From assembly GCA_041613315.1 (NCBI GenBank), contig JBFJHJ010000030.1, positions 1 to 39,975 of the forward strand: DNA of 39,975 nt. The letters are read 5' to 3'. The notes under the pieces were generated by a model, which searched no databases, was not told the origin of the DNA, and saw only the letters and a list, made by a program, of their open reading frames with translations. Position 1 is the first letter of the stretch, and each line of letters begins with the position of its first letter. The stretch is from Gemmatimonadales bacterium (GTDB lineage Bacteria > Gemmatimonadota > Gemmatimonadetes > Gemmatimonadales > GWC2-71-9). The position numbers and the translations under genes were made by a program. Positions 26,983 to 35,242 of this stretch are shown here, one piece after another.

Positions 26983-27968
26983 CCCGCGCGGAGCACGCGG
27001 ACGGCGTGGATTACCCGTTCCCGCTCGCCGTTCGGCAACGCCGGTGCAAAGCGATCGGTCGCGCCGCCCGCGAGGACCCCGTCGGCCTCGACCGCCCACC
27101 ACATCCGCTGGACGTAGCCCTCCATCGGCTCAACGAACGTCGCGGCGGCGAAGGCGTCGAGCGCGCGGGCGTGTCGGACGAACTGGGTGGCGTCGCCGTC
27201 GAACCAGGCCGCCAGGAGCGCGGCGCAACGATCTGTGCACGCCGCCGCGATGCCGACGAGCGCCGCGCGGGCGCCCAACATGAGGGAGTAGCCGAGGAAA
27301 CGGTCTTCGCCGGTCACGAGGAGCGCACCGCCGCGCTGCACGACCGGGACGACGTCCTGGAACCGCATCACGCTGTCGAGCGTGGCGATCTTGACCCCGA
27401 CCACACCCTCGAGCGCGAGCAGTCGTTCGAGCACAGCCGGAGGATACGGCAAACCGCCCGCGGCCGCATACAAATCGAAGGCCAGCACCGGGAGGCCGAC
27501 GCCGGCGACTGCGGTGTGGACCGCGACGACCCGATCCGCAACACCGGGGAGGTCGGCCAGCGCTGACGGCGGATGAAGCAAGACCGCGCTCGCCCCACCA
27601 CGCCGGGCCGCCTCGGCCAGCGCTACGGCCGCGGCGATGACTCGGTCCGTGCGCGCTCGCGGCTCGGCCGACAACGGGACGCCCCGCGGGACGCCGACGC
27701 CGCACACGACGGGCAGCGCGGCGGCTCCCGACCGCCACGCCGCCAGCACCTGGTCCCGCTCCTCGTCGCTCAGGAGGAGGCCCCGGCCGGTATGGGCCCA
27801 CACCGCCACGGCGCCCACGGGTTGGCGGGCCATCCACGCCACGTATGCGGCCTGGGCGGCCGCGTCGATCACGCCGCCGGGGGTAAACGGGACGGGCACC
27901 GCGGGAACGACCCGGTGGGTGATGGCCCGAAGGAATGCCGCTGATCTCGACGGGGCGTCCGCCGTCAT
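26979..27968 (-). CDS. DapA/NanA-family class I aldolase-like protein
   Basis: PAVPVPF...G.ID, AHTGRG (in place of GTTGE), Schiff-base GVKIA, TGED, GA..ALVG. Confidence 0.8.
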   Translation of the reverse strand: MTADAPSRSAAFLRAITHRVVPAVPVPFTPGGVIDAAAQAAYVAWMARQPVGAVAVWAHTGRGLLLSDEERDQVLAAWRSGAAALPVVCGVGVPRGVPLSAEPRARTDRVIAAAVALAEAARRGGASAVLLHPPSALADLPGVADRVVAVHTAVAGVGLPVLAFDLYAAAGGLPYPPAVLERLLALEGVVGVKIATLDSVMRFQDVVPVVQRGGALLVTGEDRFLGYSLMLGARAALVGIAAACTDRCAALLAAWFDGDATQFVRHARALDAFAAATFVEPMEGYVQRMWWAVEADGVLAGGATDRFAPALPNGERERVIHAVRVLRAG

Positions 27969-27975
27969 CTGTTCT

Positions 27976-28074
27976 TGTCCGTTATCCGTTGCCCGACGGT
28001 GGGTCGGGCGTGAGCGTCTGGGGTCACCCGCCCCACTCTGGACCGGACGCACAACGGATGACGGAGCACGCACA
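27976..28074. repeat. Second intergenic element with inverted arms of 7-bp tandem units
   Basis: Left arm TGTCCGT TATCCGT TGCCCGA (27976-27996); right arm ACGCACA ACGGATG ACGGAGC ACGCACA (28047-28074). Confidence 0.6.
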
Positions 28075-28079
28075 ACCGG

Positions 28080-28859
28080 TCACGCATGGCGCCACTGTTC
28101 GAGGTTCCCGCCCAGAATGGCGTCGCGCACCGCATCGACGTCGTTGAGCAGGTCCAGCTTCGCAAAGGCCGCGTCCGGAATCCGCAGGGGCATTCCGGTC
28201 CCGAGTGTGAACCGCTCCACCCCGACGGAGTCCAGCAGCAGCGCCAGCTGGTCCTCGGGCGGTCCCCACAGCCACGAGATGTCCCACAGGATGCGGGCGG
28301 CCTCATCGGGCGTGAGCCCGAAGTGGACCTCCTCGATGAACGCGCGATCGGCGTGGACCACGAGGAGGCGCACGTCGGGATCGCTCCGGACCAGCGCGCG
28401 GACCGCCGCCGCGGGGAACTCACCAGCGGTATCCGGCGGATGGCGCTGCCGGACGTCCTCGAAGCGTACGGTCAGCACGACAGCGAGCCGGAGGGCGGCG
28501 GCGGCGGCCACGGCGACGCGCATCTCGCCGCCCGCGGGCGCGAGACCGTGGAACTGCGGGTAGAGCCGGATGGCGGGTGCCTCGACGGCCACGGCCCGGT
28601 TCACGTCGTCTTCCCAGCGGGGGAGGCCCGAATGGATGGTCGGAACGGGCACGAGGCGGTCGGCGTAAGGCGCCAGCAGGCGCGCCAACTCCGCGTTGCC
28701 GGGGGCGGGATCTCGATAGGCGAAGGACGGTAAATGGCCGACCCACGCGCGCGCGATCTCCAGCCGGTCCATCTGGGTCACGAGCCATGCGGGATCGTGC
28801 CGCTCGAGGTGGCGGTAGGGATACGCGCCGACGAACGCCGCGACGTCAGTGGTCGACAT
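28080..28859 (-). CDS. Amidohydrolase-fold protein lacking the canonical metal ligands
   Basis: TDVAAFVG (in place of DxHxH), N..L, IRLYPQFH, L.VH, GVERF.LGTGMP; same layout as the upstream amidohydrolase. Confidence 0.7.
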   Translation of the reverse strand: MSTTDVAAFVGAYPYRHLERHDPAWLVTQMDRLEIARAWVGHLPSFAYRDPAPGNAELARLLAPYADRLVPVPTIHSGLPRWEDDVNRAVAVEAPAIRLYPQFHGLAPAGGEMRVAVAAAAALRLAVVLTVRFEDVRQRHPPDTAGEFPAAAVRALVRSDPDVRLLVVHADRAFIEEVHFGLTPDEAARILWDISWLWGPPEDQLALLLDSVGVERFTLGTGMPLRIPDAAFAKLDLLNDVDAVRDAILGGNLEQWRHA

Positions 28860-29652
28860 GGAACGCGTGCGGCGGGAAGATGGCGCGCGCGTTGCCGTAG
28901 CGCACCTTCTCCACCTCGGCTTCGGGCAGCCCGCTGGCCTCGAGGTAGCGCAGCTTGGCCCAACCGGTGTCGAGCGTGAGGTCGGCGCCCCACAGCAACC
29001 GACCCGCCCCCAGCTGGCGGAGCGCTTCATCCATCATGTCCGGATCGACACCGCTCCCGGAGAGATCCACCCAGATGTTCGATACGTCGCGCACCGCGCG
29101 CAACGTGTGCGCCCAATCGCCACCGCCCCCCAAGTGCGCGAGGATGAACCGCGTCTGGGGATGTCGTTCGGCGAGCGTGGCGAGCTCCGCACCATCCGAC
29201 GCTTCCTGGCCGGGCCAATCCCGCCCCCGGCGCTGCCAGACATGGTGGAGGATCGGCACACCGCGCTCCGCGGCGAAAGCGGCGATGGGATCCAAGAGCG
29301 GGTGGTTCGCGCGGCGGCTCGCGGCCAGCTTGATGCCGACCATGCCGTCGTCGAGACGCCGGGTGAGCTCGGCGAGGGCGTGCTCGGGATAGTTGGGGTT
29401 TACCAGGCAATAGCCGACGATGCGGCCGTGTTCCGCCCGCTGCAGCTCCAGCATGGCCCCGTTCGCATGCTCGACGTCTTCACGCGACGGGAAGTAGATC
29501 GGGGACCGCGCGCCCCACGTCCCCAGGATCGAGGCCACATGCACCGCAATCCCCATTTGCGCCCCGGCCGCGAGCCGCCGCGCGTTGAGGTCGCGCCAGT
29601 TCGACCAGGGCGAGCGCTCCGTGTAGAAATGCGCGTGGATGTCGATCAGCAT
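28846..29652 (-). CDS. Amidohydrolase_2-family metal-dependent hydrolase
   Basis: IDIHAH, GIKL, PILHH, FILAHLGGGGDW, RLLWGAD. Confidence 0.88.
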   Translation of the reverse strand: MLIDIHAHFYTERSPWSNWRDLNARRLAAGAQMGIAVHVASILGTWGARSPIYFPSREDVEHANGAMLELQRAEHGRIVGYCLVNPNYPEHALAELTRRLDDGMVGIKLAASRRANHPLLDPIAAFAAERGVPILHHVWQRRGRDWPGQEASDGAELATLAERHPQTRFILAHLGGGGDWAHTLRAVRDVSNIWVDLSGSGVDPDMMDEALRQLGAGRLLWGADLTLDTGWAKLRYLEASGLPEAEVEKVRYGNARAIFPPHAFHVDH

Positions 29653-30797
29653 CGGCCGGCGACCTCCGAGAGGGCGTCGTCGAGGCGCGCGAGGGCGAGA
29701 CGGATCTCCGCATCCCCGTGCGCCAGGGAGACAAAGTTGTACGCGGTGCGTTTGAACAGGAGCCCCCGCGCCGCCGCCGCCTGGGCCACCCGCGCCGACG
29801 CGTCGTCGCTCGCGAAGGCGAGGTAGCACATCTGCGGCAGGCCGCGCACGCCTCGGACGAGCGCCGGATAGCGCCGCGCCAGCCGCTCGAGCCCCCCGGC
29901 CAGCGCCGTACCCGTCCGCTCGAGGTGCGCCACGACGTCGTCGTGGTCAAACACCTCCAGCACGGCATGCGCGGCCGCCAGGCTCACGAACTCCGTGGCG
30001 AGGGTCGAGGAGATCCAGGTTCGGGTGCAGGCGTCCATCACGTCGCGCGCCCCTCCGAGCGCGGCGATCGGGAAGCCGTTCCCCAGCGCCTTGCCCACCA
30101 CGATGAGATCCGGCACGATGCCCGTGCGCTCCGCGATTCCCCCGCGGGCCACCCGGAACGCGGTCTTGATCTCGTCGAAGACGAGCACCGCCCCGACCGC
30201 GCTGGCCGCCTCCCGTGCGCGCCGGAGCCAGGACTCGCTGGGCGCCTCGTCCACGACAGGCTCGATCACGATCGCCGCGGGGGATTCGCTCGCGACCGCG
30301 GCAGTGAGCGCCGCCGGGTCGTTGAAGGGCACCACCGTGCGAAGGGCGCGCACGGCCGCCGGCACGCCGGGACCATCCTGGCACCAGTCGAGCCACCCCT
30401 GGTAGCCGCACGTCACCACGCGGTCGCGTCCGGTGTACACGCGCGCCGCGCGCACGGCGGCCGCCACGCCTTCCGCGCCGGTCTTGAAGAAGCGTACCGA
30501 CTCGACGCCGGGGAGCACGGCGCCGAGCCGCTCCGCCACGCGCGCCTCGAGGACAGGCGGCAGCGTCCCCACCCCACCATCACGCACGGCGCCCAGCGCC
30601 GCGGCCACGACAGCCGGGTGAGCGTAGCCGAGGGCGACCGCCCCCAAGGCCATGCCGAGGTCGAGGTACTCCCGGCCCTCGTCGTCCCACAAGCAGTAAC
30701 CGTGCGCGCGGACCATGCGCGCGGGCCCAACCCCCGCGGTTCCGAACAGGGCCTCGGGGCGCTTGCTACCGGTCGAGGTGAACCCCGGAACGGTCAC
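29646..30797 (-). CDS. Class III PLP aminotransferase (glutamate-1-semialdehyde aminomutase-like)
   Basis: G..LWD..G.EYLD, LGYAHP, RFFKTG.E, GYQGW, FDEIKTAFR, PLP-lysine GKALGNGFP. Confidence 0.9.
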   Translation of the reverse strand: MTVPGFTSTGSKRPEALFGTAGVGPARMVRAHGYCLWDDEGREYLDLGMALGAVALGYAHPAVVAAALGAVRDGGVGTLPPVLEARVAERLGAVLPGVESVRFFKTGAEGVAAAVRAARVYTGRDRVVTCGYQGWLDWCQDGPGVPAAVRALRTVVPFNDPAALTAAVASESPAAIVIEPVVDEAPSESWLRRAREAASAVGAVLVFDEIKTAFRVARGGIAERTGIVPDLIVVGKALGNGFPIAALGGARDVMDACTRTWISSTLATEFVSLAAAHAVLEVFDHDDVVAHLERTGTALAGGLERLARRYPALVRGVRGLPQMCYLAFASDDASARVAQAAAARGLLFKRTAYNFVSLAHGDAEIRLALARLDDALSEVAGRC

Positions 30798-31519
30798 CGA
30801 GCGCCTTTGCGGTCGAGGTAATGGAGGACTTCGAGGCTCATCGCTCGAAACAGTTTCGCCTCGCGTGCGTCCAGCGACGTGCGATGCGCCGCATCGCGGA
30901 CGGTCCGCATGATGCGGGCCGGGTTGCGCGTCTTGAAGAATTCGATCGCGTCGAGCGCCGTCTCGGCATCGCGAAACAGCAACTCGAGTTGTTCGTGGGT
31001 CGCCGCTTCCGCCCGGTGGCGCGGGGACTTGAACGGCCGCTCACCGCGTGCCACGAAGAGCTCGTACGCGAGGACCGTGAAGGCCTGGGCGAGATTCAGC
31101 GCCGCGTACTCGGGGCTGGTTGGGATCGTCACGACCTCGTGGCACCGGTCCAGCTCCTCGTTCGTGAGCCCACGATCCTCCTGCCCCAGCACGACCGCCG
31201 CGCGCCCGGCCTCCGCCCCACGGAGGACTGCCGCCACGGCGTCACGCGGGCGCAGCATGCTGCGTTTGGCGGCGCGCTGACGCGCGGTCATACCCGCGAC
31301 GTACGTCCGGTCGGCAAGGGCCTCGTCGAGCGTCTCGAACAGCTTCACCCGCTTCAAGAGATCGCCTGACTGGTGCGCGATCCCTTCGATCCGACGGGGA
31401 TCGTACTCCGCCGGCTGAACCAGGTACAGATCGCGAAGCGCGAAATTCTTCATCGCCCGAACCACGCCGGCAATGTTGACGAGGTCCTGCGGCCGGTGCA
31501 GCACGACCACCAGGTTCAC
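30794..31519 (-). CDS. trmJ: SPOUT RNA methyltransferase, TrmJ/LasT type
   Basis: VVL.RP...NI..V.RAMKNF, G.EDRGLTNEEL..C, IPT...Y.ALNLAQA...YE. Confidence 0.85.
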   Translation of the reverse strand: MNLVVVLHRPQDLVNIAGVVRAMKNFALRDLYLVQPAEYDPRRIEGIAHQSGDLLKRVKLFETLDEALADRTYVAGMTARQRAAKRSMLRPRDAVAAVLRGAEAGRAAVVLGQEDRGLTNEELDRCHEVVTIPTSPEYAALNLAQAFTVLAYELFVARGERPFKSPRHRAEAATHEQLELLFRDAETALDAIEFFKTRNPARIMRTVRDAAHRTSLDAREAKLFRAMSLEVLHYLDRKGAR

Positions 31520-34173
31520 GCAACCTCCACGTGGACGCCGTCCCTTGGGGACTCGCGGTCGCCGCGCAGATAGACCCACCCCGGCCGACCGCCCAAGACG
31601 AGCTGGCCCGCCCGTCGCTGACGGTCGGGATACATCTCGTTGATCACCAGGGCCACGGGCACACGGTCCCCACGTTGCCACGCGCGGCCCGTTTCCACGC
31701 ACACGACGACGGCGTACCCGCGTTCGGTGCGGCGCCAGGTGCCGGTCACCCGCGACGGATCCGCCGCCGTCCCCCGCACGCCGCGCACCCGCACGCCCTC
31801 ACCGCCCGGATCCGGCACGACGACATAACCGCCCCAGACGTCGCTCCCTTCGTAGACCTGGAGCCCATCGGCGTGGATGTCGTCCGCCTCGTTGTCGAGG
31901 ACCGGGCCCGGCAGGCGCGGCCCACACGGGTCCGACTTCTCCACATCGGCGAGAAAGCACAGTCGGGTGCCGATCACAGCCACCGCGACCCGGGCACGAA
32001 ACGGGCCTGCCGCTCCATAGCGCTGCTCGGACTGCCGATAGTGCCGGCCGTCCAACACGTAGACCGCCTCGGAAGGGACTCGCCGGTGCCAGTCCTGGGG
32101 CGTCGGCGCACCGGCCAGACGTGCGCCCCGGATGGTCGGCGGCTGCGGGTCCGCCTGCAGGCGCCGCGCGGGCGCCGGACGGCCCCCGCTCAAGGCGATC
32201 GTTTGACCCGCCGCGGTGGTCACGTGCCACCGGTCGACCCCGCCCCACACAACATCGTGTCCGCCGTCGGCGAGCCGCACGGTGATGGTCTCCTCCGATT
32301 CCTCCGTCACCTCCGCCACCGTTCCGATGGGTGCGTACACCTGCGTCCAGCGGCCGGGTCCAAGGGCGCGCCGCACGGTGAAGCCGAGCGGCGATCCGTC
32401 CGCTAACCAGGGATCGGGCGGCCCGGGCGCGCTGGCGACGAGCCATCGCTCACCCGCGCGCGGCATCGTCACCAGCTCGAGCGGTGGGTCGCCGGCGTTG
32501 AGCGCCAGCCGGCGGGGGCCGCAATCGAGCTCGGTGACGGCTTCGACCGCATCGGCGTCGATCGCGTCGTCGCGCGCCCTCTCGAGGCGTCGTCCCTCGA
32601 ACGCCGCGACCCCACCCAGGGGATGGAGCGGGAGGTCGATCGGCACATCCGGCGGCACGCGAACGTCCACCACGTCGAGCACGTACCGCGGTCCCACCAC
32701 CACTGTCCGCACGCTCTCGGTGCCGGCGCCGAAGAGGTCCGTGGCGGTGGCGCGGCACCACGACCAGCCGGGGGTCACGTCGAACGCCGCACACCAGCCA
32801 TGCCGCTCGAGTTGGCCCACGTCTGCCCGTCCGGGCGCATTGTGGGCCAGTGTGGAGCGGTACCAGTGAAGCGACGGCGTGACGTACGAGCCGGTCCCGA
32901 AGTCTAGCAGGACGGAACCGCTCCAATACACGCTGAGATGCAAGAGATCGGGATGGCCGTGCCCCCCCGGTCGCCCACCGCACTCCACCGAGATATAGCG
33001 CTCCGCGTCCGGACGCAGCACGGCGATCCCCGCGGCGGGGAGCAGGCAAGACGAGCCGCGCCAGGCATCGCGCGGTGCCGGCGGTCGCTCGGGCCGCATC
33101 CAGAGCAACGCTTTCCAGCCCAGCCGGTGTCGCTCGAGTCGCGCCGGTGAGATGTTGTCTTCCTGCTCGGCGATCGCTGCAATCCCTTCATCACTGACGG
33201 GCGGCAGGTCGGCATCGTACAGCTCGCTGAGCAGGCCCGCCACACGCGCGTCGCCGGTCCGCGCGAAGCCAAGCTCCCACAGCTCGGCAAACCGCGGTTG
33301 GCGGACGCTCACGCCGAAGGGCGCATCGCCGCGCGCCGGCAGCGTCAAGTCCGGCAACAACGTCTCGAGCGGCGCTATGAACATGGCCGTGAGCGGGACA
33401 CCGGTCTCGGGCACGGCATAGAGCTCCAGCCCGGCAGCGCGGAGCAACTCGGCGGCGAACACGAACCCCCGCAGTGCGAAGAAGTGATAATTCTCGCCCT
33501 CGAACCACAGTCCGTCGGCGGTCACCCCGTGCCGCAGCAGCGCGCGCAGCCCGTGTGGCCCCTCGAGGCCGAGGTTCACGAGCGCCTCGTCCGCCAGCCA
33601 CGTCCCGGCGGCGATCAACGCGGCGTCGTTCCACACCTGCCGGTTCGACGCCCCTTCGTCGAACGACGCGACCAAGGCCGCCGACTCCACCACGACGGGC
33701 TCGAGCGTCGCACGCACGGCGGGCACTGCTCCCTCGGTGATCGCGGCGGCGGTGACCAGCTGGGCGAGCCAGAGAGACTCGAGATAGGTGGAGAAGAAGA
33801 GCCGGCTGGGGCCGAGGACGTTGTCACGGTTGGGGACGGTGGGATAGAGCGCCGCGTACGCCGTGAGGACATCGGCTGCGCGCGCCGACAGGCGGGTGTC
33901 GCCCTCCAGTGCCCCAAGGAGCGCCAGGTGGATCGCCCGCTCGGAGAGCCACAGGTGGTAGTGGCGGATCCACGACCGGTGGTGTAGCTCGCCACTCACC
34001 ACGCGCCCGCACCGGATGCAGCGGTGCTCGTGTGGGTGCAGCGGGTCGAATGCCAAGCGCGAACCGTCCGCGGGGCAGACGCCGCCGTCGCGTGACAGCA
34101 GCGCCTTCTCGTTCGGAAGGTAGAGGGGACGCTCGATCAGCGGGTCCAGCAAGCCGCGCAGGCGTCGCGCCAA
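31516..34173 (-). CDS. Heparinase II/III-like polysaccharide lyase with C-terminal sugar-binding-like (DOMON/CBM9-like) domain
   Basis: Helical N-domain (SNRQVW, GLWFEGENYH), heparinase II/III HGHPD...D.G...Y....W..ST.AHN motif, C-terminal DNE..D...DGLQ.Y. May start at CTG 34239. Confidence 0.75.
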   Translation of the reverse strand: MARRLRGLLDPLIERPLYLPNEKALLSRDGGVCPADGSRLAFDPLHPHEHRCIRCGRVVSGELHHRSWIRHYHLWLSERAIHLALLGALEGDTRLSARAADVLTAYAALYPTVPNRDNVLGPSRLFFSTYLESLWLAQLVTAAAITEGAVPAVRATLEPVVVESAALVASFDEGASNRQVWNDAALIAAGTWLADEALVNLGLEGPHGLRALLRHGVTADGLWFEGENYHFFALRGFVFAAELLRAAGLELYAVPETGVPLTAMFIAPLETLLPDLTLPARGDAPFGVSVRQPRFAELWELGFARTGDARVAGLLSELYDADLPPVSDEGIAAIAEQEDNISPARLERHRLGWKALLWMRPERPPAPRDAWRGSSCLLPAAGIAVLRPDAERYISVECGGRPGGHGHPDLLHLSVYWSGSVLLDFGTGSYVTPSLHWYRSTLAHNAPGRADVGQLERHGWCAAFDVTPGWSWCRATATDLFGAGTESVRTVVVGPRYVLDVVDVRVPPDVPIDLPLHPLGGVAAFEGRRLERARDDAIDADAVEAVTELDCGPRRLALNAGDPPLELVTMPRAGERWLVASAPGPPDPWLADGSPLGFTVRRALGPGRWTQVYAPIGTVAEVTEESEETITVRLADGGHDVVWGGVDRWHVTTAAGQTIALSGGRPAPARRLQADPQPPTIRGARLAGAPTPQDWHRRVPSEAVYVLDGRHYRQSEQRYGAAGPFRARVAVAVIGTRLCFLADVEKSDPCGPRLPGPVLDNEADDIHADGLQVYEGSDVWGGYVVVPDPGGEGVRVRGVRGTAADPSRVTGTWRRTERGYAVVVCVETGRAWQRGDRVPVALVINEMYPDRQRRAGQLVLGGRPGWVYLRGDRESPRDGVHVEVA

Positions 34174-34225
34174 CGCGGACAGATCGTTCGACCCCTCGAC
34201 GGCGGCGCGGCGCGCCGCGACCGTC

Positions 34226-35242
34226 TCACGGGAGATCAGGGAGTTCCTCCCGCACCGTGATCCCGGCGAAGTCGAAGGCCGCCGGGAGTTGCTCGCCGCC
34301 CGCCGCGCGGACGGCGTCCACGATCGCCTTGCACCGACGCGGGGGTCCCACGATGATCAGGCAACCGCCGGCCCCAGCTCCCGTCGCCTTCAGCCCCCAT
34401 GCCCCGGCGTCCCGCGCCGCTCGCTCGATGCGGCCGATCTTGGGCGTCGAGATGGTCGCATCGAGCCGCTGCTGGGCTTCCCAGTTCGCATCGACGAGCG
34501 TCGCGAGCGTGCGCCAATCGGCGGCCTCGAGCGCATCGGCGACCGGCCGCGCGAGATCCCGCATCGACCGCAGCGCCTCCGACACGCTGGGCTCGCCCCG
34601 GGCGAACGCGTCCCACACACGCTGATGGGTGTCGGGGGAGAAGTGCGACTCGCCGGTATAGGCCAGCACCACGTGCTGCGCGAGGTCGCCGGCGACCTCG
34701 GGCGAGACGTCCAGCGCCCGTACGCCGACGCCGTCGGTGCCGAACGTGAACTCGTGGAAGCCGCCCAGGGCGGCCGCGTACTGGTCCTGCCGGCCCCCCG
34801 CCAGCTTGAGCTCCCCGGTCTCGAGCTGAAATCCGAGTTCCGCAAGTTCCTCGCGGTCGTAGGCCTCGCCCCGCAACCGCGCGAGCCCGGCGAGCAGCGC
34901 GACGTCGAGCGCCCCCGACCCGCCGAGGCCGGACCCGCTTGGGGCATCGGCGCGCGACAGGATCTCGATCCCGCCCGTCACCGGCAGCATGTTGAGCGCG
35001 GCTTTGTGGAGATCCAGCGCGCCATCGTACACGATCGCGCCGGCGCTCTGGATGGTCACATGCTCACGCCGGTCCTCGGCGTGCAGGCGGATCGTCCCCC
35101 CGCCGGTCAGGAAGTCCACGTGCACGGCGAGCCCGATCGCGGCGTTCACCACGACGCCGCCCTGCCGTTCCGCGAACTCGGGCACGTCGCTCCAGCCGCC
35201 CGCGAAGTCGATCCGCAGGGGCGCGCGTGTATGCACACTCAT
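34226..35242 (-). CDS. GHMP-family sugar kinase (HddA/fucokinase-like)
   Basis: RAPLRIDFAGGWSD, P.GSGLGGSG, GGRQDQY, GAGAGG. Confidence 0.9.
   Translation of the reverse strand: MSVHTRAPLRIDFAGGWSDVPEFAERQGGVVVNAAIGLAVHVDFLTGGGTIRLHAEDRREHVTIQSAGAIVYDGALDLHKAALNMLPVTGGIEILSRADAPSGSGLGGSGALDVALLAGLARLRGEAYDREELAELGFQLETGELKLAGGRQDQYAAALGGFHEFTFGTDGVGVRALDVSPEVAGDLAQHVVLAYTGESHFSPDTHQRVWDAFARGEPSVSEALRSMRDLARPVADALEAADWRTLATLVDANWEAQQRLDATISTPKIGRIERAARDAGAWGLKATGAGAGGCLIIVGPPRRCKAIVDAVRAAGGEQLPAAFDFAGITVREELPDLP

Noticed and set aside
9121..28074. Interpreting the short repeat elements as CRISPR arrays or IS ends
   Set aside because: Units are 7-8 bp, tandem and degenerate, with no repeat-spacer periodicity, cas genes, transposase or clear target-site duplication.
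24614..30797. Assigning gene symbols menC, pyrD, dapA or hemL
   Set aside because: Family-level motifs are present, but key motifs diverge and pathway context is absent, so orthology cannot be supported.
30794..31519. TrmJ as a functional member of the catabolic cassette
   Set aside because: It is a housekeeping tRNA methyltransferase. Its presence instead warns that the 12-kb string may be a mixed operon rather than one pathway.
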